Shown piece after piece: positions 9,381 to 20,596 of a DNA stretch of 47,792 bases. The notes under the pieces are model-generated. The model was not told the DNA's origin. It did no database searches and was given only the letters and a program-made list of their open reading frames with translations. How positions within the stretch are numbered: position 1 is the stretch's first letter; the number at the start of each line of letters is the position of its first letter. The position numbers and the translations under genes were made by a program. Location of the stretch: sequence record DRR723986_2421; one strand, 5' to 3'.

Positions 9381-10487
9381 TTACTGGGCTCCCATTTCCA
9401 AAGCCAGCTTGCGGCTTTCGGCCAACTCTTGAGCCATGGATTCCTCGTAACCCATATCGACTGGCCAGCCCTGCATGTGCTGAGCAGTAATTTCGGACAA
9501 CATGGCCGCGGCCAGTTCACTGTCATTCAGGCAAGGAATGTAATGAAACTCACCACCACCGGCATGCTGAAAGTCTTCACGGCCTTCCTGATTGATTTCC
9601 TCAAGCGTTTCAAGGCAATCGGCCATGAAACCGGGACACATCACATCGATTCGCTTGGTACCGGCTTGCCCCAGGGCTTCCAGGGTTTTATCGGTGTATG
9701 GCTCCAGCCATTTGGCCTTGCCGAACCGGCTTTGGAACGTAACCCGGTAGTTGCCTTTTTGCAGTCCCAACTCTTCGCCCAAAAGGCGCGCAGTTTTATA
9801 ACATTCGCAATGGTAGGGGTCGCCCTTGAGCAAGGTCATTTCAGGCACACCATGAAAACTGAACAACAGCACATCACCCTGATCAAAATTCGGGCGACCA
9901 TTAACTTGCCAGTGTTTGCGCACGCTCTCAGCCAAGGCATGAATGTATGCCGGGTGATCGTGATAATGCTTCACCAGGCGCAATTCTGGAATATTGCGGA
10001 CTGGCTTGGCCCAGTCAAACACCGCATCAAACACAGACGCAGTCGTGGCCGCCGCATATTGAGGGTACAAGGGGAACACCAAAACACGGTCATAGCCATC
10101 TTTGCGAAGCTGGTCCATTCGACTGGCCACCGAAGGGTTACCGTAACGCATCGCCAAGTCCACTCGGACATCCCATCTCCGAGCCTTAAAGGCTTCACCA
10201 AGAGCCTTGACCTGCCTTTTGCCAATCGCCAACAACGGAGAGCCCTCATCGGTCCATACGGTGGCGTACTTGGCTGCAGATTTTTTGGGGCGGATCTGCA
10301 GAATGATGCCGTTCAAGATGATCCACCAGATCAATTTTGGAATTTCGACCACACGCGGATCTGACAAAAACTCCTTCAGATAACGCCGAAGCGATGGTGT
10401 GTCTGCATTGTCGGGAGTGCCAAGGTTAACAAGCAAAACAGCTGTTTTCTGGGGCGTGCCGTGACGAAATGGGGCTTCGGTGCGCAT
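9381..10487 (-). CDS. hemH: Ferrochelatase
   Basis: LLVNLGTP, FLSDPRVVE, AMRYGNPS, FSFHGVP, FQSRFGKAKWLEPYT, DCLETLEEI. Confidence 0.98.
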   Translation of the reverse strand: MRTEAPFRHGTPQKTAVLLVNLGTPDNADTPSLRRYLKEFLSDPRVVEIPKLIWWIILNGIILQIRPKKSAAKYATVWTDEGSPLLAIGKRQVKALGEAFKARRWDVRVDLAMRYGNPSVASRMDQLRKDGYDRVLVFPLYPQYAAATTASVFDAVFDWAKPVRNIPELRLVKHYHDHPAYIHALAESVRKHWQVNGRPNFDQGDVLLFSFHGVPEMTLLKGDPYHCECYKTARLLGEELGLQKGNYRVTFQSRFGKAKWLEPYTDKTLEALGQAGTKRIDVMCPGFMADCLETLEEINQEGREDFQHAGGGEFHYIPCLNDSELAAAMLSEITAQHMQGWPVDMGYEESMAQELAESRKLALEMGAQ

Positions 10488-10552
10488 GGATACTACCTAA
10501 TGAACAACAAGCCTGAAAGTATACCCAAAGCTGACAGTCAGGGTGGGGCGAC

Positions 10553-11572
10553 CTACTCCGGATCCGACAAAGCGGAAGAAACCAACTTGGATGTGATGTC
10601 AACAATCGGAATCAATCGCTCGTAGGCCATCCGTGTGGGACCAATGACGCCCAAGGTGCCTACCACCTCGCCATTGATCTGATAAGGCGCCGAAATCACA
10701 CTCATTTCCTCCATGGGCACCAAGCTGGAATCACCACCGATGAAAATTTGCACGCCTTCAGCCCGGTTGGAGCTTTCAAGCAAACGCAGCAATGCAGTAC
10801 GTTGTTCAAACACACCAAACATCTTTTTCAAGCGCTCCATGTCTGTCGACAAATCCGACACATCCAGCAGCTTTCGCTCGCCCGACAGCAACACGCCGTC
10901 TGCCTGACTTTCCTCCGCCTCCGTGCCCGCATTAACGGCGGCCTGCATCAATTTGCTAATATCCTGGCTGATTTGGTGGAGCTCTTCCGACAACCTCTGT
11001 TTGGCCTGCTGAAAGCTCAGCCCGGCGAAATGCTGATTGAAAAAATTCGCAGCCATCGTCAATTCGCTTTGTGTGTAAGGCTTCTCGACAATCAGGATCC
11101 GGTTTTGCACATCCCCATCGGGTGTGACGATGATTAGCAATACTTTGCGATCCGACAGACTCAAAAACTCCACATGCCGAAACAGCGCAGCTTTTTTCGG
11201 CGCCGTAATCACCCCGGCGAAAGAGGACAAACTGGAAAGCAAGTTCACTGCCTTGTTGAGCACGCGATTGGGGTCCTCGCGCTGAATGCCCCCACTCAAG
11301 GCTGTTTGTACATCAATGGCCAAAGGCTTTACAGTCAGAAGGGAGTCAACAAACATGCGGTAACCCTGGGGGGTGGGCACACGTCCTGCCGAGGTGTGGG
11401 GCGATACCACCAGACGCAACTCTTCGAGATCAGCCATTACGTTTCGAATCGTGGCCGGGCTCAAATCAAGCGTTGAATACTTGGACAAAGCCCTTGAACC
11501 CACCGGGTTGCCCTCGGTGATGTACCTTTCAACCAATGTTTTCAGTATGGAACGGGCGCGTTCGTCTATCAT
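10553..11572 (-). CDS. hrcA: Heat-inducible transcription repressor HrcA
   Basis: [40 protein letters not shown]. Start placed at MIDERAR. Confidence 0.97.
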   Translation of the reverse strand: MIDERARSILKTLVERYITEGNPVGSRALSKYSTLDLSPATIRNVMADLEELRLVVSPHTSAGRVPTPQGYRMFVDSLLTVKPLAIDVQTALSGGIQREDPNRVLNKAVNLLSSLSSFAGVITAPKKAALFRHVEFLSLSDRKVLLIIVTPDGDVQNRILIVEKPYTQSELTMAANFFNQHFAGLSFQQAKQRLSEELHQISQDISKLMQAAVNAGTEAEESQADGVLLSGERKLLDVSDLSTDMERLKKMFGVFEQRTALLRLLESSNRAEGVQIFIGGDSSLVPMEEMSVISAPYQINGEVVGTLGVIGPTRMAYERLIPIVDITSKLVSSALSDPE

Positions 11573-11660
11573 CAATGTCACTTCAAATGCGTGTTGCGAT
11601 ACGATTGGGCTTAGGATTAAGACCAAGGCTTCACTTTACGACAAAAACAGGGAATCAAGA

Positions 11661-12614
11661 ATGCCGAAACAGAAAGGGATGTGCATTGCAGTGTTTGCCA
11701 AACACGGCGCCTCCCCAAAACAGGCCATTTGGCGAAGCGTGGTTGACTTGCTGGCCGCCAACGCCTTCCATGTGCTGGTTTGCGATTCCATGTTGAGCAC
11801 CGGGGCCTCCAAAAAATCAAAACCCGAATGCGATCAAGCCAACTTTGAATTTGCCAGTTTGGCCCAAATCAAGAGAAAAGCAAAAATTGCGGTCATCATC
11901 GGCGGCGATGGTACTTTTCTGGGTACAGCCAGAGAACTGGCCGACTGCAATATTCCCCTCATAGGTATCAATCAGGGCCGGCTGGGTTTTCTCACCGACA
12001 TTCGCCTCGACGACATCAACCCCACCCTGATCGACACCATCAATGGTCAATCAGTCTCTGAGAATCGGGCCTACCTTCAGGGGCAAATTTTACGGCAAGG
12101 CAAGGTGGTAGAAAATCACATCGCCTTAAACGACATTGTGATCAGTCGCGGTATCGTGGGCGGCATGGTTGAACTGCGTGTAGAAGTCGATGGTACATTT
12201 ATGTACGACCTGAGAGCAGACGGTCTGATTATCTCGACACCCACGGGTTCCACAGCCTATGCCTTGTCGGCGGACGGCCCGATTTTGCACCCAAGCCTGG
12301 CTGGCTTGTTGATCGTGCCAGTGGCGCCACATGCCCTAACCAACCGACCCATTGCGTTACCCCAACACAGCACGATTGACATCCACGTTACGGGCGGCAA
12401 GCAAACCGGCGTGCACTTTGACATGCAGTTCAATGGCCGTGCCAAAGTGGGTGACCAAATTCGGATCAAGGTGTCACCGCACCCTATCCAGCTTTTGCAT
12501 CCGGCGCGCTATGATTACTTCGCCATGTTGAGGCAAAAACTGCATTGGAGTGCAAGCCCCACGGAAGCCCCCCACAAAACTCGAGGACTCAGAGACAGCG
12601 GCCATGCTAAGTAG
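11661..12614 (+). CDS. nadK: NAD kinase
   Basis: GGDGTFL, GINQGRLGFL, ALNDIV, DGLIISTPTGSTAY. Start placed at ATG 11661; the ORF track extends into hrcA. Confidence 0.95.
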   Translation: MPKQKGMCIAVFAKHGASPKQAIWRSVVDLLAANAFHVLVCDSMLSTGASKKSKPECDQANFEFASLAQIKRKAKIAVIIGGDGTFLGTARELADCNIPLIGINQGRLGFLTDIRLDDINPTLIDTINGQSVSENRAYLQGQILRQGKVVENHIALNDIVISRGIVGGMVELRVEVDGTFMYDLRADGLIISTPTGSTAYALSADGPILHPSLAGLLIVPVAPHALTNRPIALPQHSTIDIHVTGGKQTGVHFDMQFNGRAKVGDQIRIKVSPHPIQLLHPARYDYFAMLRQKLHWSASPTEAPHKTRGLRDSGHAK

Positions 12615-14259
12615 TTTGACCATTCAAGATTTCGTTATTGTTGACAAACTCGATTTGCATTTCGCACCTGGCATGTCGGTGTTGTCCGGAGAAACTGGCG
12701 CAGGCAAATCCATTTTGATCGATGCGCTGTCGCTGTGCCTTGGTGCACGCGCCGATGCATCGCAAGTTCGGGAAGGTTGTGAACGTGCCAATATCACCGC
12801 GGTATTCGAGTTGAACCCCGCGGCCAAAGCCATTCTCGACGAGCAATCGATTGACTGCAGCGAGGGCGAACTCCACCTTCGCCGGGCCATTGAATCCAAT
12901 GGCAGGTCAAAAGCCTACATCAACGGTACACCTGTCCCTGCAAGTACGCTGAAAGAATTGTCAGAAACCTTGATCGACATTCATGGGCAACATGCGTTTC
13001 AGACGCTTGCAAAGCCTGGGGAACAATTGCGCCTGCTGGACGACTTCGGTCAACACAACGCGCTTCTCCAAGCGACAAGTCAAAGCTATTTCCGCTTGAA
13101 AAATGCTGAGAAAGCCCTGAAACAAGCGCAAAGCAGTCAAGAAGACCGAGCTGCACGCCTTGAAAATCTTCAGTGGAAACTGGACTCACTGAGCAAGGTG
13201 AACCCTAAGGCCGGCGAATGGGAAACACTCAGCAGTGACTTTGATCGGTTGAGCCATGGCGCCGAATTGATCGAGGGCACCCAACACGCAAGCAATGTAC
13301 TGGCACAGAATGAAGACGCCCTGCTCGATCAACTCACCCAGGTAATCGAGAAGCTAAGCCACCTAAGCACAAGGGACCCAGCGCTGGAAGGCGTGGTCAA
13401 AACTCTGTCTGAAGGCGAAATATTGATTCGGGAAGCCAGTTACGATCTGGGCAATTACCTGAAACACTGCGATCTGGACCCCGACACACTGGCTCAAGTG
13501 GAAGCGCGTATGTCGCTGTGGCACGAAACTGCCCGCAAATTGCGTATTCAGCCCGAAACACTGCACACGGAAATGGAGAGTGTACAAGCTGAAATCAAAG
13601 GCCTTGAGGAGGGTTTTGATGTCGAAAAGTTGCAAAAGGAACTGAATGCCGCGCGTCAAGCCTATGACATACAAGCAAACCTGTTAACGACTGCCCGTTT
13701 GAAGGCTGCGCAAACTTTGTCCAAACGCGTCACTGAATCCATGCAAACACTGAGCATGCAAGGTGGCGTGTTCGTAGTTGATGTGGCCAAAGGTGAGCCT
13801 TCTACCCAAGGCAGCGACAATATCGAATTCCGCGTGGCCGGGCACCCTGGCGTTACACCTCAGGCCATTCAAAAAGTGGCCTCAGGTGGTGAACTTGCCC
13901 GGATCAGCTTGGCGATTACCGTGAATACAGTTGAAAACACCTCTGTACCCACCCTGATCTTCGATGAGGTTGACAGCGGTATTGGGGGCGCAGTTGCAGA
14001 AACCGTGGGGCGATACCTTCGCCTGTTGGCCGCAAACAAACAAGTGCTATGCGTAACCCATCTGCCTCAGGTTGCAGCACAGGGTCATAATCATTTTCAA
14101 GTCAGCAAAGACATCTCAGCGCAAACCACTCGCTCTAAAATCGTGCAGCTGGAATCAAAAGCCCGGGTGGAAGAAATTGCGAGAATGCTGGGTGGTCAGG
14201 TCATTACCGAGGCCACGCGCACCGCTGCGCATGAAATGATTGCCTCGGCAAACAGCTAG
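12604..14259 (+). CDS. recN: DNA repair protein RecN
   Basis: GETGAGKS Walker A, IHGQH, ASGGELARI, FDEVDSGIGG, VTHLPQVAA. Overlaps the nadK stop. Confidence 0.97.
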   Translation: MLSSLTIQDFVIVDKLDLHFAPGMSVLSGETGAGKSILIDALSLCLGARADASQVREGCERANITAVFELNPAAKAILDEQSIDCSEGELHLRRAIESNGRSKAYINGTPVPASTLKELSETLIDIHGQHAFQTLAKPGEQLRLLDDFGQHNALLQATSQSYFRLKNAEKALKQAQSSQEDRAARLENLQWKLDSLSKVNPKAGEWETLSSDFDRLSHGAELIEGTQHASNVLAQNEDALLDQLTQVIEKLSHLSTRDPALEGVVKTLSEGEILIREASYDLGNYLKHCDLDPDTLAQVEARMSLWHETARKLRIQPETLHTEMESVQAEIKGLEEGFDVEKLQKELNAARQAYDIQANLLTTARLKAAQTLSKRVTESMQTLSMQGGVFVVDVAKGEPSTQGSDNIEFRVAGHPGVTPQAIQKVASGGELARISLAITVNTVENTSVPTLIFDEVDSGIGGAVAETVGRYLRLLAANKQVLCVTHLPQVAAQGHNHFQVSKDISAQTTRSKIVQLESKARVEEIARMLGGQVITEATRTAAHEMIASANS

Positions 14260-14274
14260 CGTATTTGCGTTTGC

Positions 14275-14703
14275 TTATTTACGCTTGTTCTCACAATCTT
14301 TCTTGGTACACGACCCATACAAAGAAAGTGCATGGTCGTGGAGTTCAAACCCACGATCCTTGGCAATCATTTTTTGGCGACGCTCAATTTCCTCGTCAAA
14401 AAACTCAACCACTTTGCCGCATTGCACACACACCAAATGGTCATGGTGTGCGCCCTCATTCAGTTCGAACACCGACTTGCCCGTCTCAAAGTGTTGACGG
14501 GCCAGTAAACCGGCCTGTTCAAACTGCGTTAGAACCCGGTAAACAGTGGCCAAACCGATATCAAGGTCTTCCTGCAGCAACAGTTTGTAAACATCTTCAG
14601 CACTGAGGTGGCGATGTTGCCCACTCTGGAACAATTCCAGAATTTTCATACGTGGCAGCGTTGCCTTTAAACCAATGCTTTTGAGATCCGTTGCTGTAGT
14701 CAT
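14275..14703 (-). CDS. fur: Ferric uptake regulator
   Basis: [32 protein letters not shown]. Start placed at ATG 14703. Confidence 0.97.
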   Translation of the reverse strand: MTTATDLKSIGLKATLPRMKILELFQSGQHRHLSAEDVYKLLLQEDLDIGLATVYRVLTQFEQAGLLARQHFETGKSVFELNEGAHHDHLVCVQCGKVVEFFDEEIERRQKMIAKDRGFELHDHALSLYGSCTKKDCENKRK

Positions 14704-14825
14704 GAGTTTGGTACCATTCTGAGGCTTAATCGAGTTCAAGTAGCTTATGATAACGCCTTTGCAGGACATGTTAGCGCACCGAATAAGGTACTCTGTTCCC
14801 ACTTCACATGCGAATTCACAAAACA

Positions 14826-15317
14826 ATGCGTATTTTACGACTGAATTTGATTCTTTGCTCGGCCATGGCCCTAGGGGTTTCCGCGTGTTCTATCCTCCCG
14901 GACAACTACGTGCCCTCCTTTGTCAAACCCTACAAGTTTGATATTCAGCAGGGTAATTTCATTACCCAACAGGATGTGGCCAAGCTGCAAGTGGGGATGA
15001 CCAAAGAACAGGTGCGCTTTATTCTGGGCACACCCTTGTTGAATGACGCCTTCCACGCCAACCGGTGGGATTATGTCTACCGCCTTAAACGTGCCGACGG
15101 GCAGACCACTCAATCACGCTACACGGTTATTTTCGAGAATGAACGCGTGGCCCGCCACGGTGGTGAAAACCTGCCTGCCAGCCCAACCGATTTGTTGGGC
15201 CCAGACAGCAAGAGCAAGGTTCCCACACAGCCGTTGCCCTCGGAAAAACCGGCTGACGACATCAAGGACGCCGAATCTGCAGTGGGCGGTACAGACCGTG
15301 CACCCGTACTTAAATAA
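14826..15317 (+). CDS. bamE: Outer membrane protein assembly factor BamE (lipoprotein)
   Basis: Lipobox [29 protein letters not shown]. Divergent from fur, as usual. Confidence 0.95.
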   Translation: MRILRLNLILCSAMALGVSACSILPDNYVPSFVKPYKFDIQQGNFITQQDVAKLQVGMTKEQVRFILGTPLLNDAFHANRWDYVYRLKRADGQTTQSRYTVIFENERVARHGGENLPASPTDLLGPDSKSKVPTQPLPSEKPADDIKDAESAVGGTDRAPVLK

Positions 15318-15323
15318 AACGCC

Positions 15324-16142
15324 ATGACCAAGCCAATTCAAATCGCGATTGCCGGCGCCAGTGGGCGCATGGGCAAAACATTGATCGAAGCCATCCTGAA
15401 CAACCCCGAGTGCGAACTCGCTGGCGCCTTTGACCAAGCGGGGTCGCCCAGCATTGGTCGGGACGCTGGAGACTTCATGGGTATTTCATCGGGGGTACTG
15501 GTTACCGACAATGCGGACACCGCCCTCGCCAATGCCCATGTGTTAATCGACTTCACCCGCCCCGAGGGCACTTTGCACCACCTTGCCTTGTGCGAGAAAC
15601 ACGGCGTGAAGGCCGTGATCGGCACCACAGGGTTCGAACCGAAACAACTGGAAGCGCTGAAAAAAGCATCCGAGAAAGTGGCCATGGTGTGGTCTCCCAA
15701 CATGGCGGTTGGCGTAAACGCCACATTCAAGCTGCTCGAGGTGGCTGCAAAAATTTTGTCGCAAGGTTATGACATCGAGGTCATTGAAGCTCACCACAGT
15801 AAAAAAGTAGATGCCCCGTCAGGCACCGCGCTGCGTATGGGTGAGGTAGTTGCCAAGGGCTTGGGCGTAGATCTTCAAGACGTGGGTGTATTTGCCCGGG
15901 AAGGAATTACCGGTGAGCGCAAGGCTGGCACCATCGGCTTCTCAACCATTCGTGGTGGCGACATTGTGGGCGACCACACCGTTTTGTTTGCCGGCATTGG
16001 CGAGCGGATTGAAATTACCCACAAATCGTCAAGTCGCATGACTTATGCACAAGGTTCAATTCGGGCAGCGCAGTTTTTGATTGGCCATGAAAAAGGTTTG
16101 TTTGACATGCAAGACGTGTTGGGCTTGAAAACTTTGTTTTAA
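15324..16142 (+). CDS. dapB: 4-hydroxy-tetrahydrodipicolinate reductase
   Basis: [33 protein letters not shown]. Confidence 0.98.
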   Translation: MTKPIQIAIAGASGRMGKTLIEAILNNPECELAGAFDQAGSPSIGRDAGDFMGISSGVLVTDNADTALANAHVLIDFTRPEGTLHHLALCEKHGVKAVIGTTGFEPKQLEALKKASEKVAMVWSPNMAVGVNATFKLLEVAAKILSQGYDIEVIEAHHSKKVDAPSGTALRMGEVVAKGLGVDLQDVGVFAREGITGERKAGTIGFSTIRGGDIVGDHTVLFAGIGERIEITHKSSSRMTYAQGSIRAAQFLIGHEKGLFDMQDVLGLKTLF

Positions 16143-16247
16143 CCTAAAGCGAAACTGTAGTAGATTGCTGTAAGCATCTGTATAGTCTAGTTAAAATATC
16201 AATAACAGCAACCCTCGGGAATGATGACCCGAAGATGGAGCCAGCCA

Positions 16248-16475
16248 ATGACGCAATCACTGCTTGCGAAACTCGACGAACTTCAAGTCAAAGTGTCCAG
16301 CCTGGCCAAAGCCCTGGAGCAAAGCCGCTTCGACAATAAGTCGGCCAAGGAACAGATTGAAGCCCTGCGCCGGGAAAACGAAGTGCTTCACAAAAAAGTG
16401 AATCATGCACAAGGTCAAATCAACCAAATGCTGAATCAGTGGTTCCCTGAACTTGAATTGAACTCGGAGGAATAA
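16248..16475 (+). CDS. Short coiled-coil protein, ZapB-like
   Basis: Heptad-rich 75-aa protein directly upstream of zapA. GGAG RBS before ATG 16248. Confidence 0.7.
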   Translation: MTQSLLAKLDELQVKVSSLAKALEQSRFDNKSAKEQIEALRRENEVLHKKVNHAQGQINQMLNQWFPELELNSEE

Positions 16476-16811
16476 TTGGAAGCACTTGACGTAAAAATCA
16501 TGGGTAGGGAATTTCGCATCGCCTGCAAACCCGAAGAACGCTCCGCCTTGCAGCAGGCCGTCAACATTGTAGAAACGAAAATGTCCAGCATCCGCAACAC
16601 CGGCAAGGTTGTTGGGCTTGATAAAATCGCAGTCATGGCAGCTTTGCAGATTGCCCATGAATCGCTCGTTGGTAGTAACCCTTCCAACCCTGTTTTAGGA
16701 CTGGACATTGAAACGATTGAGCGTAAAATCGAGGCTATCGGTCAAATGGTTGATGGCAGCCTGAACAATTCAGGTGCAAGCAAGCCCAAAAACGCAGATT
16801 TGTTCGAGTAA
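16476..16811 (+). CDS. zapA: Cell division protein ZapA
   Basis: VKIMGREFRIAC, IAVMAALQIAHE. TTG start with GGAGG RBS. Followed by 6S RNA. Confidence 0.92.
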   Translation: MEALDVKIMGREFRIACKPEERSALQQAVNIVETKMSSIRNTGKVVGLDKIAVMAALQIAHESLVGSNPSNPVLGLDIETIERKIEAIGQMVDGSLNNSGASKPKNADLFE

Positions 16812-16825
16812 AGAATTTTGTTTTA

Positions 16826-16999
16826 TCTCTGCCGTGTCTGTATTGGCCAGCATTCCGTGAACCAATATTTGTGATCCCGGTTGCGGACTTTTCAGGGTTG
16901 GTGTGATTCCCTCTCAGTCAGGGAAACCTAAAGACCCTAACACTGCGACCCACTTGAACCTTAGGTTCAGGGATCGGGCCAGTATGGCATCGGCAGAGA
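16826..16999 (+). ncRNA. ssrS: 6S RNA
   Basis: Terminal pairing TCTCTGCCG...CGGCAGAGA closing a ~175-nt rod, 3' TTGAACC...GGTTCAG hairpin, canonical position after zapA. Confidence 0.9.
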
Positions 17000-17008
17000 C
17001 CCCGTACC

Positions 17009-17045
17009 GGGGCGATTGAACCTATGTTCAGTCGCCTCTTTTTTT
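17009..17045 (+). terminator. Intrinsic terminator after 6S RNA
   Basis: GGGGCGATTGAAC-CTAT-GTTCAGTCGCCTC followed by T7. Confidence 0.85.
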
Positions 17046-17082
17046 ATCCAGCTCAGGTTCAAACCAAAAAAAATTAATCACC

Positions 17083-17895
17083 ATGTTCGATCCGGTATTT
17101 ATTGTTTCATTGCTCGTTTTAGGTGTGGCCAGCGGCGTGCTGGCTGGCTTGTTGGGTATCGGTGGCGGCATGCTGCTTGTTCCCTTTCTCACATTCCTGA
17201 TGGTCAGCCAAGGCGTTCCTGTCGAGCATGTGGTGCACTCCTCTATTGCCACCTCCTTGGCCATCATTATGTTTACCAGCATTTCAAGCATGCGTGCACA
17301 CCACAAGGCAGGCGCGGTGCGGTGGGATATTGTGAAATTCCTAACCCCCGGCATTCTCATCGGTGGGTTTATTGGATCAAAAGTAGTGTCATACTTGCCC
17401 ACCAAAGAGCTGGCCTTGGTATTCGGTGCATTTGTGATTTTTTCTGCGTACCAAATGTATGCCGACAAGAAGCCCAAACCCAGCCGCACTTTGCCAGGGA
17501 AGGCAGGCCTTGCGGCAGTGGGTGGCGTAATTGGTGCAGCCTCGGCGATTGTAGGCGCCGGGGGTGGATTCCTGTCGGTGCCCTTCATGGTGTGGAGTAA
17601 TATCAACCTGCGCAACGCGGTGGCAACATCTGCCGCCCTGGGTTTCCCGATTGCGGTGTTTTCAAGCGTCGCTTACGTGATTAACGGCCAGCATTTGCAA
17701 GGTATGCCTGCCGGTTCTCTGGGTTATGTGTATTTGCCTGCAGTGGCCTGCGTGGCAGCGATGAGTGTGCTGTTTGCACCCTACGGCGCAAAACTGGCGC
17801 ACACCCTGCCTGTCAAAAAGATCAAGCGCATTTTCGCACTGCTGTTGGCTTTCATTGCCATGTCCATGATTTACAAGGCAGTTACCGGCTTCTAA
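17083..17895 (+). CDS. TauE/SafE (TSUP) family membrane protein
   Basis: AGLLGIGGG, ATSLAII, duplicated GAGGG...AVATSA halves, multiple hydrophobic helices. Confidence 0.9.
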   Translation: MFDPVFIVSLLVLGVASGVLAGLLGIGGGMLLVPFLTFLMVSQGVPVEHVVHSSIATSLAIIMFTSISSMRAHHKAGAVRWDIVKFLTPGILIGGFIGSKVVSYLPTKELALVFGAFVIFSAYQMYADKKPKPSRTLPGKAGLAAVGGVIGAASAIVGAGGGFLSVPFMVWSNINLRNAVATSAALGFPIAVFSSVAYVINGQHLQGMPAGSLGYVYLPAVACVAAMSVLFAPYGAKLAHTLPVKKIKRIFALLLAFIAMSMIYKAVTGF

Positions 17896-17902
17896 TTCAA
17901 TA

Positions 17903-18751
17903 TCACTTGCTGCGTTTGCTGCCCTTGCCTGCTTTTGCCTGGGCAGCTTCCAATGCAGCCATGGTTTCAAGCCCTGTGGGCTTGTTTTTCGACCATGCCA
18001 GCAAGGCGAACCCACCCAGAATCATGGGCACGCAAAGCCACTGCCCCATGGAGAGGCCCAAGGAAAGCGTGCCCAAAAAGCGGTCTGGCTCGCGGGCAAA
18101 CTCGACCACAAAACGGGCTGTACCATAGCCGATCAAAAACCACGCTGACACAGCCGCACGTGGGCGCGGCTTGCTGGCAAACCACCAAAGCCCGATGAAC
18201 AGAGCAAGGCCTTCCAGACTCATTTGGTAAAGCTGTGACGGGTGGCGAGCAATTGCATCGCCCGCCTGTGGAAACACAACTCCCCACCAACCATCCGTTG
18301 GGCGCCCCCACAACTCACCATTGATAAAGTTGCCAAGGCGACCCAAGGCCAATCCGATTGGCACGGCAGGCGCTACAAAATCCATCACATCGAAAAACTT
18401 CCAGCCCTTGTACCTGCCGTAAACAAAACAAACCAGCAACACACCCAGAAACCCACCATGAAAAGACATGCCGCCTTCCCAAATTGCAAGAATTTCGCCA
18501 GGGTTGGCCATGTAATAGTCAGGCTTGTAAAAAAATACATAGCCCAGGCGACCACCCAAGATGACACCCAAAACCGCCCAGGTCAGCATATTGTCCACAT
18601 CGGACATTTTGATCGCCGGGAACAAATGCAAGCGGCGCTTGGCCAGCATGATGAAGGCGACAAAAGCCAACAAGTACATCAAACCATACCAGCGAATGGC
18701 CACTGGGCCGATCGAAACAGCAATTGGATCGAATTCAGGATGAACAAACAT
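17903..18751 (-). CDS. lgt: Prolipoprotein diacylglyceryl transferase
   Basis: [46 protein letters not shown]. Start placed at MFVHPEFDP. Confidence 0.97.
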   Translation of the reverse strand: MFVHPEFDPIAVSIGPVAIRWYGLMYLLAFVAFIMLAKRRLHLFPAIKMSDVDNMLTWAVLGVILGGRLGYVFFYKPDYYMANPGEILAIWEGGMSFHGGFLGVLLVCFVYGRYKGWKFFDVMDFVAPAVPIGLALGRLGNFINGELWGRPTDGWWGVVFPQAGDAIARHPSQLYQMSLEGLALFIGLWWFASKPRPRAAVSAWFLIGYGTARFVVEFAREPDRFLGTLSLGLSMGQWLCVPMILGGFALLAWSKNKPTGLETMAALEAAQAKAGKGSKRSK

Positions 18752-18895
18752 GGAAAACCCGGAATGTGGAAAACCGTTCAATTGTAATGCCCTAGGGACT
18801 ACCCTTTGATGAATGAACGCCTTCCTGTGCCCAGCGGCGCATCATAAAATGGTAAATTCTCGTTTTGAATCCAATTCCACCTGCGAGCTTTTGCA

Positions 18896-20584
18896 ATGAG
18901 CATCAATCGACGTTCCAAGAACATCACCCAGGGCGTGGCCCGTTCGCCCAACCGCGCGATGTACTTCGCGATGGGTTACAAAGACGAAGACTTCAACAAC
19001 CCCATGATCGGTATCGCCAACGGTCACTCGACCATCACCCCCTGCAACAGCGGCTTGCAGCCTTTGGCCGATGCCGCGGTGAAAGCAGTAAAAGAAGCTG
19101 GCGGCAACCCACAAATTTTCGGAACCCCAACCATCTCCGATGGCATGAGCATGGGCACCGAGGGCATGAAGTATTCACTGGTCAGCCGTGAAGTGATTGC
19201 TGACTGTATCGAAACTGCGGTGCAAGGCCAGTGGATGGATGGGGTTCTGGTCATCGGTGGCTGCGACAAGAACATGCCTGGTGGCATGATCGGCATGGCC
19301 CGCATGAATGTGCCCGGCATCTATGTTTATGGCGGCACCATCAAGCCTGGGCGTTACAAAGGCAAAGACCTGACTATTGTGTCTGCCTTTGAGGCCGTGG
19401 GCGAATTCACTGCAGGGCGCATGAGCGAAGAAGATTTCAAGGGCATCGAGAAGAATGCATGCCCAAGTTCCGGTTCTTGCGGCGGCATGTACACCGCCAA
19501 CACCATGAGCTCAGCGTTCGAGGCCTTGGGGATGAGCCTTCCCTACTCCAGCACGATGTCGAACATTGATGCGGAGAAGATCACCTCTACTGAAGAATCA
19601 GCTCGCGTGCTGATCGAAGCGGTGCGCAACGACTTGAAGCCCCGGGACATCATTACCAAAAAATCAATTGAAAATGCAGTGGCTGTACTGATGGCCACTG
19701 GCGGATCAACCAATGCTGTGTTGCACTTCCTGGCCATCGCCAAAGCGGCGGACGTGGCCTGGAGCTACGAGGACTTCGAACGCGTTCGTCTTCGCACACC
19801 AGTCATTTGTAACCTCAAGCCTTCAGGGCAATATGTTGCAACAGACCTGCACGACGCTGGCGGCATCCCGCAAGTCATGAAAATCCTGCTGGACGCGGGT
19901 CTGCTGCACGGCGATTGCATCACCATCACCGGCAAAACCATCGCTGAAACCTTGGCCGACATTCCTTCAGTGCCACGTGCTGACCAAAATGTGATCATGC
20001 CAATTGAGAAAGCGCTCTACAAGCAGGGGCACTTGGCGATATTGAAGGGCAACCTGGCACCCGAAGGTGCCGTGGCCAAGATTACGGGCTTGAAGAACCC
20101 CGTGATTACCGGGCCAGCCAAGGTGTTTGATGACGAGCAAAGCGCGATGGATGCGATTTTGGGCGACAAAATCAAAGACGGCGATGTGATTATTCTTCGT
20201 TATCTGGGCCCCAAAGGCGGCCCGGGCATGCCCGAAATGCTGGCCCCAACCTCGGCAATTATTGGCAAAGGTCTCGGCGAAACAGTCGGCCTGATTACCG
20301 ATGGCCGTTTTTCCGGCGGTACTTGGGGAATGGTGGTTGGCCACGTCGCTCCTGAGGCGTATGTTGGTGGTCCGATTGCATTAATCAAGGAAGGTGACTC
20401 CATCACCATGGACGCACATCAGAAATTGTTGCAGATCAATGTCAGCGATGAAGAATTGGCAAAGCGCCGTGAAAGCTGGGTGAAACCCAAGCCACGCTAC
20501 ACCACCGGTGTCTTGGCCAAATTCGCAGCCTTGGCCAGCAGCGCCAGCAAAGGTGCTGTCACCGACGGCGACCTCGACCTTTAA
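18896..20584 (+). CDS. ilvD: Dihydroxy-acid dehydratase
   Basis: [43 protein letters not shown]. Confidence 0.97.
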   Translation: MSINRRSKNITQGVARSPNRAMYFAMGYKDEDFNNPMIGIANGHSTITPCNSGLQPLADAAVKAVKEAGGNPQIFGTPTISDGMSMGTEGMKYSLVSREVIADCIETAVQGQWMDGVLVIGGCDKNMPGGMIGMARMNVPGIYVYGGTIKPGRYKGKDLTIVSAFEAVGEFTAGRMSEEDFKGIEKNACPSSGSCGGMYTANTMSSAFEALGMSLPYSSTMSNIDAEKITSTEESARVLIEAVRNDLKPRDIITKKSIENAVAVLMATGGSTNAVLHFLAIAKAADVAWSYEDFERVRLRTPVICNLKPSGQYVATDLHDAGGIPQVMKILLDAGLLHGDCITITGKTIAETLADIPSVPRADQNVIMPIEKALYKQGHLAILKGNLAPEGAVAKITGLKNPVITGPAKVFDDEQSAMDAILGDKIKDGDVIILRYLGPKGGPGMPEMLAPTSAIIGKGLGETVGLITDGRFSGGTWGMVVGHVAPEAYVGGPIALIKEGDSITMDAHQKLLQINVSDEELAKRRESWVKPKPRYTTGVLAKFAALASSASKGAVTDGDLDL

Positions 20585-20596
20585 ACTCGTAATCGT

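Noticed and set aside
9324..10364. 346-codon ORF antisense to hemH beginning at the palindromic promoter
   Set aside because: Codon-aligned shadow of hemH. Its TTG lies inside the -35 element, so it would not be transcribed from that promoter, and it has no protein motifs.
16153..16210. CTGT...ACAG words suggesting a LexA box
   Set aside because: Spacing is not CTGT-N8-ACAG. I also found no SOS box before recN.
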